41,389 bases of DNA. It comes from an uncultured Bifidobacterium sp. (GTDB lineage Bacteria > Actinomycetota > Actinomycetes > S36-B12 > UBA5976). Each line of letters begins with the position of its first letter. The stretch's first letter is position 1. Below the pieces are notes generated by a model. That model saw only the letters and a program-made list of their open reading frames with translations, was not told the DNA's origin and did no database searches. Positions 40,434-41,389 of this stretch are shown here, one piece after another. A program made the position numbers and the translations under genes. The DNA is taken from contig CAYVZD010000003.1 of assembly GCA_964456135.1 (NCBI GenBank), positions 18,905 through 60,293 of the forward strand, in the 5' to 3' direction.

Positions 40434-41048
40434 ATGTCATCCTTAATACTCGATTTACTTTTCACCCCAATTTGCCTTGGCTGTAAAAAACTTGGTGATC
40501 ATGTTTGTCGTGATTGCTTGAACAGGTTAAAAATCGTAAATCGCCATGATTTAGCCGGGATTGAAGATTTAATTTGTGCAAGCGATTATTTGGGATGGCT
40601 CCGTGATCAAGTCGTCGCTTATAAATCTGGCAAATACCAAAATGCAATTGGCTTGGCTCAGGTTTTGATTTCTAAATGCTTGTCTGAATTGCCCGGATAT
40701 TCATTGGTGCCAATTCCATCAAGCCCAGAGAAAATTAAGAATAGGGGAATCGACACGATTGGCCACATAACTCAAAAAATTCAAAATTTGTTGCCTTCTG
40801 TTTCGGTATCTCCGGTATTGAAATTAACTAAAAATCTTCCTGATCAAGTAGGTCTAACTAAAGCGCAGCGACTCAAAAATCTGCAGGCTGCGTTTACCTG
40901 CACAAAAACCCTTACAAAGCCCGTAATTCTTGTTGATGATGTGGTTACTACGGGTGCAACTTTAACTAGTGCCGCACAAACGCTACTTAAATGTGGAGCG
41001 CCAAAAGTTTACGCTGTTGGATTATGTGCTACTGAAAAACTAAGTTAA
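40434..41048 (+). CDS. comFC: ComF-family protein (phosphoribosyltransferase domain, ComFC-like)
   Basis: 204 aa. It has an N-terminal 4-Cys zinc-finger-like motif (CLGC...CRDC) and the PRT-fold motif ILVDDVVTTGATL. The position after lpqB is as in mycobacteria (Rv3242c, from memory). Confidence 0.85.
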   Translation: MSSLILDLLFTPICLGCKKLGDHVCRDCLNRLKIVNRHDLAGIEDLICASDYLGWLRDQVVAYKSGKYQNAIGLAQVLISKCLSELPGYSLVPIPSSPEKIKNRGIDTIGHITQKIQNLLPSVSVSPVLKLTKNLPDQVGLTKAQRLKNLQAAFTCTKTLTKPVILVDDVVTTGATLTSAAQTLLKCGAPKVYAVGLCATEKLS

Positions 41049-41059
41049 TTTATTACTAC

Positions 41060-41323
41060 GGCATCCACCTGGGTCCGTGATTGCGTTCGACAAGTAAACC
41101 TTCGAAGATTATTTGTCTAACAAGCCGATGCCAGCCGCAGGCAAAGCGGTCCACGTAAGACGACTCTTGGTCGTTGAGCACGGTGCGGTTTAGAAGTAAG
41201 ACCTGCCTGATGAGCAAAAAAATTACTTGTCAGAGAGTATTAGTAGTGGCGAATAGACGCTGCGAAAATTCCAGTAGGCGATTGTGGGGTCGAAAATCAG
41301 GTCGGCCAGGTGGATGTCTTTTT
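41060..41323 (+). ncRNA. candidate structured non-coding RNA downstream of comFC (position consistent with the raiA-motif RNA)
   Basis: A 13-bp terminal helix pairs 41060-41072 (GGCATCCACCTGG) with 41306-41318 (CCAGGTGGATGTC). Twelve pairs are Watson-Crick and one is G-U. The helix is followed directly by a T5 run at 41319-41323. Internal hairpins include CCGC-AGGCAAA-GCGG (41135-41149) and ACGAC-TCTTG-GTCGT (41160-41174). There is also a possible 6-bp helix GACCTG/CAGGTC (41200-41205 with 41298-41303). No ORF of 60 aa or more is present. My hand count gives 52 G+C in 41061-41160, against 31 in the intergenic stretch 7701-7800. The class assignment rests on synteny only; I cannot recall the raiA consensus well enough to align it. 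Confidence 0.5.
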
Positions 41324-41389
41324 AAATGCCAAAACGGCGGTGTCGGGCGGCATAAGAGCGAAGTGCACGCAGGAAATCAACTTTTCGAA

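Noticed and set aside
41207-41267. Hammerhead-ribozyme-like core: CUGAUGA at 41207-41213 and CGAAA at 41263-41267, inside the candidate ncRNA.
   Set aside because: The intervening sequence would have to form stem II, but only about 3 base pairs (G-C, C-G, A-U) close it before mismatches. I find no convincing stems I or III or a cleavage-site context. A 7-mer like CUGAUGA is expected several times by chance in 41 kb on two strands.
41322-41387. A minus-strand frame open from the window edge to a TAA at 41324-41322 (…RKVDFLRALRSYAARHRRFGI*). It could be the 3' end of a convergent gene.
   Set aside because: Only 21 codons are visible. The Arg/Ala richness simply mirrors the local G+C-rich sequence. 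Conserved actinobacterial synteny predicts a + strand hpf/raiA gene next. It cannot be excluded without the downstream flank.
1-41389. I searched the window for mobile elements, prophage or defence genes, CRISPR repeats, tRNA/rRNA genes and toxin-antitoxin pairs.
   Set aside because: Every ORF of meaningful length has a housekeeping or membrane-protein explanation. There are no transposase, integrase or recombinase motifs and no regularly spaced repeats. The only non-coding gaps over 100 nt (7575-7902, 36272-36425, 41049-41389) do not contain tRNA-like cloverleaf sequences.

Overview
This is a 41.4-kb stretch of densely packed core chromosome. By my tally of the gaps, only about 1.65 kb is non-coding. 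It carries 39 protein genes and no rRNA, tRNA, CRISPR array, transposase or integrase.

Gene content and order are clearly actinobacterial. From memory, three blocks are colinear with Mycobacterium tuberculosis:
- pcrA/uvrD1, M23 peptidase, sucCD, perM-like, purNH (about Rv0949-Rv0957)
- birA, accD5, accE5, maf, accA3 (about Rv3279c-Rv3285)
- mtrA, mtrB, lpqB, comF (about Rv3246c-Rv3242c)

The DNA is unusually A/T-rich for that phylum and extremely compact. This suggests a streamlined low-GC actinobacterium, for example a freshwater Nanopelagicales-like lineage (inference only).

The functional theme is central carbon metabolism:
- TCA cycle: sucCD, sdhCDAB, mdh, icd
- Propionyl-CoA to succinyl-CoA route: acyl-CoA carboxylase alpha, beta and epsilon subunits plus a split B12-dependent methylmalonyl-CoA mutase
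- Purine genes: guaA, purN, purH
- Housekeeping: trpS, xthA, pcrA, birA

Most of the window is ordinary. I see no defence island or mobile element. The points worth a second look are:
1. A roughly 260-nt, G+C-enriched, terminally paired non-coding region just after comF. It sits in the position typical of the function-unknown raiA-motif RNA.
2. A very A/T-rich, sensor-less minimal two-component pair between birA and a GtrA gene.
3. A methylmalonyl-CoA mutase split into two genes 16.5 kb apart. The B12 domain gene sits directly upstream of sucCD.
4. An LpdA-like flavoprotein that has lost both redox cysteines and the catalytic His.
5. Five convergent gene pairs with interlocking stop codons or spacers of 10 nt or less, which leaves no room for terminators.
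6. A few short repeat or palindrome motifs in the rare intergenic regions.
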